Source: Eimeria praecox (lineage: Eukaryota). Taken from it: a stretch of DNA of 64,000 nt. The notes under the pieces are model-generated. The model made no database searches, had not been told where the DNA came from, and saw only the letters and a list, made by a program, of their open reading frames with translations. Location: NCBI GenBank assembly GCA_963920595.1, contig OY986948.1, forward strand, positions 1,178,001 through 1,242,000. The letters run 5' to 3'. Position numbers and translations under genes: made by a program. Positions 1-19,889 of the stretch are shown here, piece by piece (within the stretch, counting starts at the first letter, position 1; every line of letters starts with the position of its first letter).

Positions 1-581
1 TGAGTTCTCCAAGCTGCCAGTCACTCCAACAATCTGTGGGGATCTCTACTCATACAGTGATTTACGCTGCCGCTATTTAACTAGTTGGCTGTGCACAAAT
101 GCACGTATTACTGAGATCAACTCCTACGAAATACATGTGCATATTCAGAGAAACTCCTTCCCTGACTACATGCACAGTCATACTGCTTGCAGCCATCTCG
201 TAAGCGTTCGGCGCCCCGAGCGCTCGCGCCATACAGAATGGCAATGGAATCGCACCCTCCTCCGCATGCTAATTTAAAACGACGTTCAGCAACACAGGTG
301 GATTGTTCACAGCTTTACACATGAACAAGCAAAAGCGAGATGTCTTGTCTCAAGCTGGCTTTGCATTCGGCAAGAGCCAGCGCCAAATGGCTCATCTACC
401 CGGGCTTATGAATCCAAGCGCTCACAGTAAACAAACCTAACAAAAGAGGTGTTCACATGGTAACACCGTTTAAAAGTGTTCTACCAGGCGACTGCAAAGT
501 ACTGCTGAAGCAGCAGCCATCCAACGCTCCCGCCGGATAGGCCATGCTGACTTTGATCGGCAAAATTGCCGTAGTTTGGTT

Positions 582-3500
582 TCAAGGATGGCTGTCTTCG
601 TCATCGTCGTCATCGTTTGCATCATCTTGATCTTCTGCAGAAATCCCCAGCTCCCGCATTAGGAGTTGTTCCACCTACGGCCACAAAAGAGTCGAAACGA
701 ACGTCAAATGGCTTGTCGCGCGCCTTCTCCGCTCCTATGGTTTGCAAGGCTCTGCAGCTCCATAGTTAGCTTGCTTTAACCCAGTTTGCCCACTTACCGC
801 ATCTCGCTGTTGAACAAGTACAAGCCGCTGCAGCCGTTCGCGCAGGCTGGACGCACGCAAGAAACAAAATGAGCACAAATCAATCACATGAAAGCGCAGA
901 AACCCACCGCTTGCAAGCAGCACTCAGAAGCACCTTGGGAAGCAGATCAAATTCGCTATCGAATGGCTGTTGATCGGGAAAACGTACTGGCGATGTTTAT
1001 ATACGTGAAAGGAAAGGGCGACCGCACAGGTCAGTGGAAGAGCTAAAAAAACAAAGAGGATGAAACAAACGAGCAATGTCGCATCCGCGGAATCTGCACA
1101 AAAAAAGGATGCCGTGGAAGGAACCCACGATGAGTGGGCCGAGAAGCTGATCCTTTGATCCCTCTGCAAGCTTCATGGCTGGTATACATTTCGTAGCAGT
1201 CCATCTGTCTAGAGAAACATAGTGGGGAAGGAAATCCTGGGCAGAGTAGGAGGACAACCTCACCGATTACAAATCGCACTTCCCCCATAAACAGTCCGAA
1301 AGGCTGTTCTTCATTCGGATAAAAACAAATGTGCATGCGCGCAGTCTGGTGATGCCCAGGAACAGCATCAAACAGGGCCTCGCTGTTGTCCACTCCTTCC
1401 CTTAACGAGCTGCCGAACCTGAAAGCACATGCATACGACAAACGCATCCCGTCTACATAACCTACAGGAGTTAAAGACGCTGACTTAATGACGTGTTCAC
1501 GATTGCATACAAGGCTGTTCTTGTACGCCATCATGATCAGCGGTTTCAACTTATCGTGCAGCACTAATTCAGTCACAGAGAAATCTGCAGCTAACTGCAA
1601 CGTGCGCTGAAGAGGTTGCACAATGCGAAAGGTGTATACGTACACAAATCTCAGTGTGCCCTTTTGAGTCGCTTCATCCCATGAATACGCATCAGGTGCC
1701 ACACTTAGCAAACTGTGTTCTTCCCAGAATCCTGCGAGGGAAACAAACAAAAATCGTCAATTTCCCCCAGAGCCAGCAGGCAATTTGTCGGCAGCACAGC
1801 TATGGGCATGCAGCCTAACACTGTGTGTGGAAAAATATATACTGGCATGGGGAAAGCAATCTTCGAACCGAATAAAACGAAGAAGCAAGTCTCAAGATGA
1901 CGCACCTACGCAAGGCTGCGCAATCCCTCCTCGCGATTCCTTTATGGCCAGTCGGTTAAAGCGAGAAACATTTGCTCCTTCTGCCACCAGAAGGGAGCAT
2001 ACACACACACAGACAGACAGACAGCACGCACTTCACAACCACAACTCTGAGGGCTTTCAGTCTATTGCATCAGAAAGGCCAAACTAGCGCACAACCCAGC
2101 GATCCACGCGCAAAGGGGTAGGAAAGCCAACTGAGAGTTTCGGCTCAGACGTACGGATATACCGAGTGTATATCCACCCAGCATCAATGAAGTGCCGAAT
2201 TTGGATGGATTCTGGTTCGCCTGGGTTTTCGTCTGCCTGCGATGCGACTGCAGGGGAGAGGTGAAACTTCAGTTCTCCGACAAGTACTGCTTCAGAAAAC
2301 ACATTGCCTGTTTGTTTCTCATCCCTTCCATTCCTCGGTGCAACCCCTTCTTTTGTCTTCTCATCCCTCTGCGGATCAAGTTCTGCCCTGGCAGCTGCAT
2401 CCGCCCCTTGTTTTTCTCCCCTTGGCTGGGTTGAAGCCGTAGCGTTCACCGCTGTATTCTGCTTTCTCGTGTCGCCTACAGGCACCTTTGCCTGGGCAGC
2501 TTCTTTTCCCTTCTGGCTGCTCAAGAGGCATACTCCAACTCGCCACTTCGGTGGCTCTTCGGGGAGAGCTTCTGCAAAAAATGAACACGAGTTAATTAAT
2601 GATCAAGCAGTGCCCCTACGTCATTTCGTGGCGTAGTCTTAGGTCTAGGTGCATGCGTGAAACCTTAGCAACACATGAATGCTCAGAGTCTGATATGAAG
2701 CGAAGTGGGAGAAAACGGAGCTCTAGAACAGCAGCAATGCATGTCTTTACCGTGCTTTACAGCGAGCCGGCGCGCCTCCCCGCCGCGAAGGGCGAAGGCT
2801 TCCTGCTGCCCCTCTGGGGCCGTCTCGCCTTTTTCGCTCGCTGCCTCAGGATTTGCTCTGGCTGAGTCTGAAGAAGAAGCTGCAGATCCTTCTTCGCTGT
2901 GCTCCACTTCGTGTGGTTCCTGCCAGACCTCTACACTGTAGTCGAGAGCGGCAAGTACTTTATTGATCTTTTCCTGCGAAATAGGGAAGGTAATATATTT
3001 CGCTAAACGGCTCAGCTGGAGTTCAGGGCCACACGAAAGCCAAAATGGGTCTGCTGACACAGTGGCGCTGCTCCTCTGCTCCGAAAGGAGCCGCTGGGCA
3101 TCTTGGCAAGAATCAGGAATGGATGCAGCTGCTGAGCTGCTAGAGGGATCTGCTGAGCCCTTCTGTGTGGCTGGCAGCTTGATCAGGGCAATGCAGGAGT
3201 TCTCCATAGGAGAAGAAGTGATAGTCTGCCTCCAATACAAAACTGGATGCGCCAGCCTGGGTTGCGGGGATATACCCATCTGTGCAAACACGGGACGCTG
3301 TGGTGGCACCTCCGAGAGGGAATCATGCTCCCCCAGCAACGCTGCGACTGCGCCTTCGCCTGCCAGCCTACGCTCAAGAGTAGGAGCAGCATCTCTATTT
3401 AACCACAAATTCAATCCTCGGGGATAAGAAGTCCACCGGCCGAATATGCGAATGAAATGCGGTTCAACCATCGATCCTCCCTTCTCGTGGATTTGCATGT

Positions 3501-4089
3501 GACTGGTTTCACCAGTTTTTCCTTGCTCAGTTGAAGGTTTAGAAGAGGGAGACTCGGCTTCCGTGTTCCGTTCCATGATCTCACGGTCTCGTCCAATCGA
3601 GCGGCGCAAGAAGAAGTCTGGAGAGATATCCACTGGGAAGCTTTGGTTCAACACGGGTCCCTGTGGCCCATCAAAAGAAACGAAATCCAGATGGGGTTTG
3701 CCGCCGCCGTCCTTCCCGCACCGAACGATTTCGCCTCCTACAGCAAGTGGTATGCTGCATGTGTCATATGGAATGGAGCGAAATACAGGGACTGCGTCAT
3801 CGTCTTCAGCATCATATGAGGGCGTCTGCTGCTGAAGAGCTGTTGCTGTTGCTTCTTCACCAACAGAAGAGGGAGGAGCAACGGTCGATGTAGAAGGTGA
3901 TCCCGAGGAAGATGTGGATGCACTGGCAAAGCTCACTCCAAACGTTGACCCATCGGGTGTTCCACAAAGGTGCCACAAGAGCGACGGCACCGCTACAGCA
4001 CGAACAACACGCAAAATACGCCCAGATCTCGAGAAAATGCCTGTGTCTTTGGCCGCTGGCACGCGGCAGGTGCCGCAGGGAGGAACCAT
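582..4089 (-). CDS. Multi-exon hypothetical protein (possible N-terminal hydrophobic leader; acidic C-terminus ...AEDQDDANDDDDDEDSHP*)
   Basis: Large first exon 4089-2751 (donor G|GTAAAG) joins in phase to acceptor TTTGCAG| at 2571. Further in-frame blocks at ~1980-1907, from 1731 (GFWEEHSLL...) to ~1264, from ~1207, and ending at ~798 (donor |GTAAGT). Last exon 674-582 ends in TGA. Some internal junctions are unresolved and no family was recognised. Confidence 0.6.
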
Positions 4090-4601
4090 GTTCCGCTAAG
4101 GAACTCTGGTCTCAGGCGGCTTTGCGTGACCGGTTAAGCAGCTTCGAATTCTCCAGATTCATGCCATTCAGCTCATTCTCTGCATATTCTGAAATTACAA
4201 ATGTCCTAATGTTGCTAATTTGCAGTGAAACTCCGAAGCGCAGTTGACCTGGTGGCGGCACATGCCGCCGGACCAGGAATCGAAGAGCAGGAGCAGCAGA
4301 AGAAACGAGACCTCTTTACTTCGTCTTAATAGGAAATAACAACAAAATAAACAGCACTTCCCATCTTGGTGATCGTTTCTTGTAACATTCGATAAGCAAG
4401 ACAGGCGACTGATCTCGTCCGCATGCGGCTACCGCACATGGTCTTCTTGCTTGTTCCTGCAACGATTCTCGTCACTGTTAGTAAATACTGCCTATAAATC
4501 GTCTTATGCCATTTACAAAGTTGCATCATGGACCACTGAGACAGCTGGCTTTGCAAGAGATTCGATGAGGTGATAGTGGATACGCTGCTTGGTGGCATTC
4601 A

Positions 4602-7600
4602 ATGGCGAGGCCAGGAGAACGGACCCCAGCGATTCTTGTGGGGCTCGGCTTCGCATCTGCGATCGTGCTGGCGGCCATATTGCTGAAGCGCTTTCATTCT
4701 CGGGGGAGGAACAGAGAAGGACAGGCTTCTTCATCTGACCACACAGCTCTCCCGGCGGAGTGTGCATTGAAGGTAATTGCATCCGCAGATACCAAATGGC
4801 GAATGTTGCACTACAGAGAGGCAGGGCCTACATATCCGCAACACGTGATAAGCGCAAGCGAGACACTGCGGGCAAAAGACGGAGTGAAGGGGAATTCTTC
4901 CCCTTTCAAGCAGGCAAACACACACCTGCATCACAGTAAGCTGCCGTTCCATGGTGTGTGTGTTGCATACGTGCTCTGACGCTTGCTTGTTGGTGATTGA
5001 TAGGAGGATGATTTGACGAAAGTATCTGAGACAGCAGAACGGTTTGATGAGGCACGGGAGGCTGTCGAGGTCGCTGCTAAGAGTTTGTCGAGCACTTCTC
5101 TCCTTCAGCTTTACGGTTGGTTTCCCGTGGCATCATCTTGTCTCCCCTGTCGCATGCGCAGTATATGAAAACAACACCATTCTGCCTGTGCAAACGTATT
5201 TATCTTGCAGAGAAGACGCAGGCTTGCTCTAGTGGTGAAGCCTCTCTCTAAACATTGTGGCAGCTGGCAGTGTCGCTCTTGCCGCAGGGTTGTTCAAACA
5301 GGCCACGCAGGGCGACTGTAACCAGAAGGAACCTTCTGCATTCAGTCTTCAAAATCACTCCAAGTGGTAAACGCTTCGTCTTCTTCTTTTTCTCCTTCTG
5401 GGATACTGCTCTCGTGCGGAGTAGTCAAGGGGTTGCTTTGAACGCTCTTCCTTTCAGAAATAGTAAAGAACAGCAGTGCAATCAGTAGCTGCTGTGCACC
5501 TGCTACTTTCAGGGCCGCATGGAACGCGCACAAAGGACTATCTTCTGATGAAGCGAAGGCGAAATACGTTAGGTTGGCGCTGCAACTCGGCCTGATCCGG
5601 CCACCAGGAGAAGCTCAAGGTTCCGCTGGAAGGGCGGGAGGAAGGCGGGTAAGCCTATCCCTTCTCCTCCTTGTAAACCCGTATCTGCTCTCCTTACTGG
5701 TCCCTTTCTATAGCTTGCTGTTCTCAAAGTTGAAAACACACCGACACCACACCAGTTGCTGCTGCGTTGGATTTGCTGGTGTGCCCTTCTGCGTGAATGC
5801 CACCCGCACAGCATCGGATCTAACACATTAGACCCTCCTCTGTAGTCTAGTAGTGCGCTTCTAGCACAAGATTTTTGCTTTATATAATATATATCTTTAA
5901 GTGCATGCATATGGGCCAAGTCTTCACTTCATGGGGTTAGGATTAGGGATCTGCCTGCGTCGAACGCGTTCGATTTCAGCTGGGCCCAGTACACAGCAGG
6001 CCAACTTTGACTACAGAGGATGGCAACATCGCCGGGTACGCGGTTCGATTCCCAGTGGCATCGATGAAACTGCAGCCGTGAAGGCATTTCTTCTTCTTCA
6101 TGATCCTTCCCCTTGCTAAACCTATTCGTTTGTCTATTAGTTACCGGTCGACTAGCGGGGCAGAGGCATTTAGGGTTTGGTTAAGATCAGTGGTCGACAG
6201 GCTAGGAACACAGCATGAAGACCGCGAATGGTCCATGGCTCTTCATAAGGTTTTCATGTGTTTCTGCAGCTCAAAAGGAGACCGATTCTGCTGTATGGTA
6301 GCCAAGGGAAATGTGGACGCCGTTCAGCGGGCACTAACAGGCAAGTTGATCGTTAAGTGGAGCCGTGATCCGACTCATCTATGACCCAGCAGAATTGCTA
6401 GTGCTTTGGGGCATCATTTGCACCTCGAATGAGGCTAAACGTGTTCTCTGTAGCTGTTGCATCCCAGCCGCACGGGATTGGGGTCTTGGCGTGATGTGGG
6501 TTGGCTCTTGTGTGCAGAAGACCCTTCCCTGGTGTATGCGACTGGGGAAGGCGGGATGACGGGGCTTCACTTTGCAGCAGACAGGTGCGCTGAAGGGTTG
6601 AGAGCTTCGCTTGCCCTCCGCTACACCGCTTGTGTTGTAGGGCAGACGCTTATCTGGGGTTAGGGAAGTAGCAACAAAATCTAGGATGCGGGGTGCTGCC
6701 ACTACACTGATAACGCTGTGTAGTGAAGCGAAGAAGAAGCAGAGGCAATGAAGAAACATAAGAAATAGGCTTATATCTGCGGTTGGGATCACTGTCTGTG
6801 CGCAGAGGGCATGCAGATATCGCCAGGATGCTTCTTGCTCAAGGTGAGGATCAAAAGCTGTATCTTGTACTGCAAAGTACTCAGTTTTATTCTCATGCTG
6901 TATATAAGTGTTTCGTGATGCGTCTACATGCATGCATTGCAGAGGATTGCAAAAATAAGTAGAATCTACTTGCACTCTAATCGTATGCACCTGGGATGAA
7001 CCATTCATAAGTTGCATGGCTAGTGATAGAGTGTTGAGTAGAGAACATTTGAATTTAGAGAGCGTTTGCAGGCGCCGACGTGAATCTGCAAGACGATTGC
7101 GGAGAAACTCCCCTGCACGTTGCAATTGCAGCAGAGCAGGAGGAGTTGATCTCGATGTTGGTGGAGGCAGGCACTGATACTTCTCTCAAGAATAGCGAGG
7201 GAAAGAGTTGTGCCGAGTTGCTAGAGGAGGAGGAGGAGCTCAGGTTCGCGGCAGAGTTTCCTGGGGTGTCACCGCACATGAAATCTGCAGCAGGGATCCG
7301 ATTTCACCGCGTTTGCTCTTTTAGTTGTCTAAGGAAACGCAATAGTGCTGCGTTGGGGTGGGATTTGGTTACGGGAGTAGGCAGCTGCTCGGCTATAGAG
7401 GAATACACAGGTGTTATGTACATCAAGTGAAGTGTTGTTTGTGGCGGAACACGAATAAAACAGAAGTGAAGGGAAGTGTTGGATGCCGGTTTGTGTTTAG
7501 TTGAGACAAATCACCACGTCGTCGATCCCCCAGGAGGCTGAACAGGGGTTTATCTTTTTTTGCATTATGCTGCAGGCATCAGACTGAGCTCCAGGAGGCG

Positions 7601-7618
7601 AAAGAGCAGGGAAAGTGA
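4602..7618 (+). CDS. ACBP2: Membrane-anchored acyl-CoA-binding protein with ankyrin repeats (ACBP2-like)
   Basis: Phase-consistent exons 4602-4772, 5004-5115, 5288-5366, 5513-5648, 5980-6035, 6270-6340, 6518-6584, 6806-6843, 7072-7243, 7576-7618. They give an N-terminal TM (AILVGLGFASAIVLAAILL), the ACB signature LQLYGLFKQATQGDC...KWAAWNAHKGLSSDEAKAKYV, and ankyrin repeats (GMTGLHFAADRGHADIARMLLAQGADVNLQDDCGETPLHVAI). The last exon is the least certain. Confidence 0.92.
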
Positions 7619-9055
7619 AGCAGAACCTTCCGAAACAGTAGGAGGGCAGGTCGTGTATGGGTCGAGTATATTGCACCTGCAGCAACAGAAGTGGGGCACT
7701 CAGTCAGTCCGCGTCACCACCACACTGCAAAGCTGCCGAAAGGAGAGGCATAGACAACCTGTCGGGGTAGGAATGGTCTCAGCTGTCCACTCCTCGCTTT
7801 GCACTCACCTGGGAGGTTGAGGCAACTGGGTGTAATAACAAAGGGATTCTCGTTTCAGCCAGCAACTCTCACTTGGTCGGGCCTCTGCATCAGCACAACA
7901 TGAAGTACGTGCATTTCGTGCAGATAAACCGTACAGTCTGGCTGCGAGCCCAGCGGGAGATTTGAGTTTTAGGATCTTAAGCAGGTGCAGCATACTGCAG
8001 TGTATATATAGAGTTTATCTGCCACATCTGCTTCTATTCCCTGTTATTTGATAATCGTTTTCACGTAGCTGCCTTCGCCTAAGGTCACCCGTAGACGTCC
8101 AGCGGAGCATAGAAGAGAGTGCCATAGAAGGAAGCAGTCCCTATTTTCTCTCCACATTAGAAGAGGAAACACGTCAAATCAGGAACTGTTCCCTGGCCCT
8201 CACAGTTTGGCTTTCACTGAAATGTTCAAGAGAACAATTCGTTGAGTCCTTGTCAGTCTGCCTCTACGTCCTTGTCAGTCTACCCTTACTAAGTCCTGCT
8301 GGGCACCCTAAGGAAGCTTTTGACAGTGCACAAACGAGCAAGAATATTCCCACTTTGCAAGCAGCGGAATGGCCTCTGCAATGCAGTGTATGCATGCGTG
8401 TGGGAGCTTTTCGCTGCCTTGTCACAGGGTTGTCGCCTTGTGTGTGTGCTTGCTATCGTGTGTTTCCATTGGGCAAATGGGACACAGGACTGGCTGGTGC
8501 TTCTGGTTTCGGTTCTACTAGCTGAAGCCGGCCTCGCCTTTGCATGTGCGCGATGAGCGGCATTGACGCTCTGGCTAGAGAGGGAAGTGGAAGAATTCCA
8601 CGAAGAAGAGAGCACGCACGCAGACACCGAAAACAGGTTAGCTGGCTGGCATCTCCCTCTACAAAGAGGGAATACATTGCTGCTTGAAGCCAACAGCACT
8701 TCTATAGGAGCTATATCCTCTCAGAGGCCGTTGAACGAACGACAAACAGGCTTCCTCTTCGTCTCTGGAGTGCCTGTGTATCTCTGGATCTGTGTTCCCC
8801 TCTCTGGCGGCAGTTGGTCTCTTTTAAACGAAAAAGTGTAGGCCAGCTGCTGCAGCCTGGTCAGAAAGCGTGCAGACTCATTCAGAATTTCAACATCGGG
8901 GGAGAAACCTCATGGGTACGCCAGGCAGCAAGGGTGGCTTAAGTGTTGCCTGTAAGAAACGGTCTGATTGGCAGGAGGAGCAGGTAGCGCTACAGTTGAA
9001 ACCAATGCTTAAACGCGGGCTAGCTGGTATAAAAACAAGGCCATATGCTATATCC

Positions 9056-9056
<1 letters not shown>

Positions 9057-9140
<84 letters not shown>
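9057..9140. repeat. (TA)n microsatellite, first long simple repeat in the window
   Basis: Directly visible. Confidence 0.95.
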
Positions 9141-9142
<2 letters not shown>

Positions 9143-11592
9143 GATACGCATATAGGCATATGGCCAGTGTAACACAACGATTATATATGCGTTGACAGAT
9201 GCTCTAAGCAAGGCGCCTGGGGGAGGAGAGGCGGGGATTGAATTGTTCTTTGATGGATATCTGAGCTTTTTCGAAGTTGGCTACCTGAGTGCTCGTATGT
9301 TTGCGTAAAGCAGATAGTGATTGATGTCTTTTGACGATTACATCTATGAATCCAGGTTTTCTAAAGAGTCGCAAGTAGCACCTTTCCCCCATGCAAATGC
9401 CCCATAGTTTAAGTGGAAGTACATACATATGGTGCTTTCAGAGGCAGATGAGTGTTTGGGGTTTACTCGTCTCTGGCAGGTTCAGTCAGTCGCTACTATG
9501 TGCAGCTTTCGCTTCGCCTGAAGCACCGTAGCAGGTGCCTATTCTGCTTCCACTGTTACACGCACATCTCTCAGAAGCCATACAGCATCATGTTGCCATC
9601 TACAGCAGTGCATGCAACGAGAAAGCCCACAGCCATGCTACCATTATGGGTTGAGCCAGGTGGGACGCACGACGGTTGGTTGCAAAGGGTGGGTGAGTGC
9701 CCGTGGGCCTGTCCTCATTACGGGGAATTGGATCATACGAACTCGTATTTTAAATATATTGAAAACAATGCAACTCATGAAAGTACTTTGCGAAGAAGGA
9801 AGTGCCTCTATTGTTGCACATATCGGTGGTAGGTGACTGCACAGCTCAGTACAGCTTATCGCCGCACGTATCTCAAACAAAACAACACCAATAACGGCAA
9901 GGCATAATTGTGCACACATTTCCAATAAATTGAGGTGTATTGATGACAGGGAACACCTGCAAATGATTCTTCACCGGGTTAACACATCCACTGCCCCCCG
10001 GGGGTATATGGAGGCGGGCGAGAAGACACTTGCACAGTTATGGAGAGAAGAAGACGAACAACGAATGCAGGATTGAGTTACTCATTTAAATAGTTTTGTA
10101 TTTAGAAATAAAATGGAGAAGGAAGGAATGCAGCAGAGCAGCTTCTACCGTGCTGCAACTCGTTCCACGGGACTGCCTGCACTGGGGGGCCGTTGGTGCT
10201 GGGGACTGCTGGTTTGCAGGTTGTCTGTTTTTTCTGGGTAGGAATCATTAAAACAATTATATATTTGATTTGAATGCGATGAAGGGTCAACACCAACCCA
10301 ATCTACCGAAGGAAACAGACATTTATTGCAAAAGACTCTACAGGGAGCTCAGGGTTGCACCGATTCTTTCCTTGTTCTCCCGTGGGTTGTGGCGGGTTCT
10401 CTCGGCCAGCAGGTTCATCCCCTATCGTTTTGCTCGTCTTCTTCGGCTTTTTGTTACAGTTGTATTTGCAATGGGGCTGCAACACTTTTAGGTGCATGGA
10501 CGCGTAGTATTGTGTTCGAACCCCTTCTGTATTCTCTCTTGGGTGGAGAGGCCCTTGTGTTTGCTATTTCTTTGTGTTTGCGTCGGTGGGCTAATTTTTG
10601 TGCAAGTTGCACATCATTGGATAGAAGTGATCATTTGCCTTCATTTCGTGTTTGATTCGGTGCTCTGAGCTGCCGATACACCGCAGCGAACGCGGCAGCA
10701 GCCTAAAGGGCTGCGTAGCAACAATCGGCAGGAAGAGAGCATCATTTCATTTGCTAGAAGCACGGATGCAACCAAAGAAACCCCCAACGAGCCTCTACAA
10801 TGGAGGCCACAGATGGTTCTCTACCCTCCTCTTCAAGGGGGAGGAGAGCCGACGGTGGCCGTTCAATTCCTCGAATCCTTTTCTCATATTTGTTCAGAAC
10901 AGAGGCATATCCAAATCCTCTCCCCTTCAGAAGAATGTTTAATATGTTTCATTTCTCTATCCCCGTTACCAGGCAGCAGAATCTCAAGGCAGCTGTCTGG
11001 GCGGTTTTCGCGGGTAGGTTTTTCTTCTCTTATTTTGCTGTTTTTTTTATATTGGATCTGCGATTCTCTTCCTTCTTATTAATCAATCTGTTTATTCTTT
11101 TATCTTCTTGTAAACATTCAAAGATGACGTATTTACTTTATATACGCAGATCTAAATCTGTTCCTGTTTTCTGTATTTGTAATGTGTGTGTATGTGTCCG
11201 AATGGTGTTTGCTTTGTGCCTGGCGGTGTTCTATAAGATGCATTTAAGTTTTTTTTGTTTTCTGTGTATATTTGATTGTCTGTTCTGTTCTAGTATTGTT
11301 GATGTTGTTTGTTTCTATGTTTATTTATATATGTATTTATTTTATTATGTTTCTTCTTTGTGTGGTTATTTGCTGCAGCATTAACGGTGTTGTCGTGTTG
11401 GTTTGAAAACAGTTTAGAGCATTTGCTTTCTTTGGTGTTGTTATTAATGCATTCTTATCTGGGAATCGGATGGAAACAGAGCAGCAGCTTCTTTATGTGC
11501 TACTTCAGCATCATTGCATGCAGCGGGGCTGGGGCGTCTCTCTCAACTTTGCCTGTAAGTTTGTTTCTTTTTTATCTTTAGAGAATACCGAA

Positions 11593-11601
11593 AGAGAGAG
11601 C

Positions 11602-11679
<78 letters not shown>

Positions 11680-11716
11680 GACAGAGAGAGACAGAGAGAG
11701 ACAGAGAGACAGAGAG
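11593..11716. repeat. (AG)n / (AGAGAGAC)n microsatellite
   Basis: Directly visible. Confidence 0.95.
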
Positions 11717-12340
11717 CTCCACGGGCCTCCAGCAGCATATTTATTTTTCTTGTTTTTTTTCTGTTTCTTTCCGTACTCTCCCTTTTGTAAACACCCAGAG
11801 AGATCATCCAAGCCCTAATAACTGATTTATTCTGTTTTATTCTGTCTGTATGTATGTTTTCGGTTTGCAGTCTGTGGGGGAGCTGGCCGCCCTCCTTAGT
11901 GCCGCGCTGCTGGTGCATGCGTCGTCTTGCTGCCCCAACAGCGCCAGGAGAGACAGAACGGTGGCTGGGTTGATGTTGTTTAGAGTAAGACAAGATCTCT
12001 ATCTTCTTTGTGTGAATACAGACCGATATCCTGCAAATACAGAGAGGGTTTATACTGCTTTGCTATGCTATGCTATGCTATCCATATACCGTGTTTCTGT
12101 TTTTTTTATTTTTGCGGTGTATGTGTGCAGCTTTCGCTTCGTCGTCTGAGTTTCTATTTGCCTGATCCGCTTCTTTCTGTTTGTCAATTCTTTCCAGTTG
12201 TGTTCTGGCTGTATGCTTGGAGTTCTGAGGCTGGAGACGGAGAGAAGGAGGGGCCCCAAGGGGCCTCAGCGGAATCATCTGAAGAGCTTTCTTGTGAGGG
12301 TGTTTGGGGTGTATGTACACTGGCTGGTTCTCTAAGATTG

Positions 12341-16010
<3,670 letters not shown>

Positions 16011-16357
16011 TCGTGAAACAGCTTCTACACGGCTCGGTTTCGGTCTTTGCTCTCTCTCTCTCTCGTTATGTGTAGGTAGTGAGGTAGGGTCTGGCCGTGT
16101 TTGCATTTTTCATGTAGTATAATATGCAAATAATTTAATGTTTTAAAGTGTGTGGGGAGATCAGTTTCCATGGCCAAGACCATCTATATTCAAGTCTGGT
16201 GCCATAGGCTTGAGAAATCGACACCCACTGGAAAGCTGTACGACCCTGGTGTCTGTACACCCCAAATCTGTTACCGGTCCATCGTTCTGATCGGTTCATC
16301 ACTTTCTTGTATCTTTTTGTAAACAAAGAAGAAAAACAGGTATTGGAAAGTGCCGTT

Positions 16358-18932
<2,575 letters not shown>

Positions 18933-19702
18933 CCCTTCAGTTCTACATGAAAATGAGATTAATCTCTCCTCTTCAGGTGTCTATGCAGAAGCTAAAACAA
19001 AATAAAACATATTTTAATGTTTTAAAACAAAGAAAAACACAAAGAAATCAAGTTTCTCTACTTTCTCAAGCCATACTGCGGGCTAGGGGCCCCGCAGGGT
19101 AGACGGACTGTAAGGAAACGGTAATCTCTGTAGTTAACATTATTAAACATATGGAAGAGAAAGATAATACAATATAATTTAAGAAAAAATAAACATAAAA
19201 AGATACAGAAGCCGACGGCATGCAGGCGGTCGGTGGCTGTAGCTCAGCAGACACCGCAGGCAGTCGGGGGTGTTCAGGTGTTCTTCAACCTCTGACAGAG
19301 AAAGCTTTTTATTGTTTTATATTTGTAGCTTCTTTCAATGTAAATAACTTAATTTAGATTAAATATACAAGAAAAGTTTATAATTTCTGCATTTATTCAT
19401 GAAGAAGTAGTCGGTTTCGCCTTCGTGTTGCCGAGTTTGTCTGAGCTCGCTGGTGCCAGCCTTCGTTCATTTGCAGCTATTTCTTTCTTTTTTCGAGTAG
19501 TTATTCTTTATTTATGACATTTTTAAAGTCTTTTATCTCATATTACTTGGTGTTTGACACTCTAAAGTCGCCCCCTTCCACTCCGTGGGTGGGAAGGATA
19601 CCAGCAGCTACCACCCTTTCTTCGTCTTCGTATTGAGTATACACCCTACTGTATATACAGCTGTATATACAGCTGAACAGGAAATTTATAAGAAGAAAAT
19701 CA

Positions 19703-19850
19703 ATGGGGGGCCATCATTCCGTCTTACCAGTTATTCTCGACCTCAGGATCAAGGCGAGGGAGCTGGTGAGCCATACACATATATATGATGCTGCACAACA
19801 ACTACGTATATAATACATACAATTTATACAGCATCTATACTATAGATATG

Positions 19851-19889
<39 letters not shown>

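Noticed and set aside
7700..11500. Possible gene (exon-like block ~7995-7810 on the minus strand; short ORFs at 8250-10950)
   Set aside because: No phase-consistent model or recognisable protein could be built, although a non-coding or divergent transcript is not excluded.
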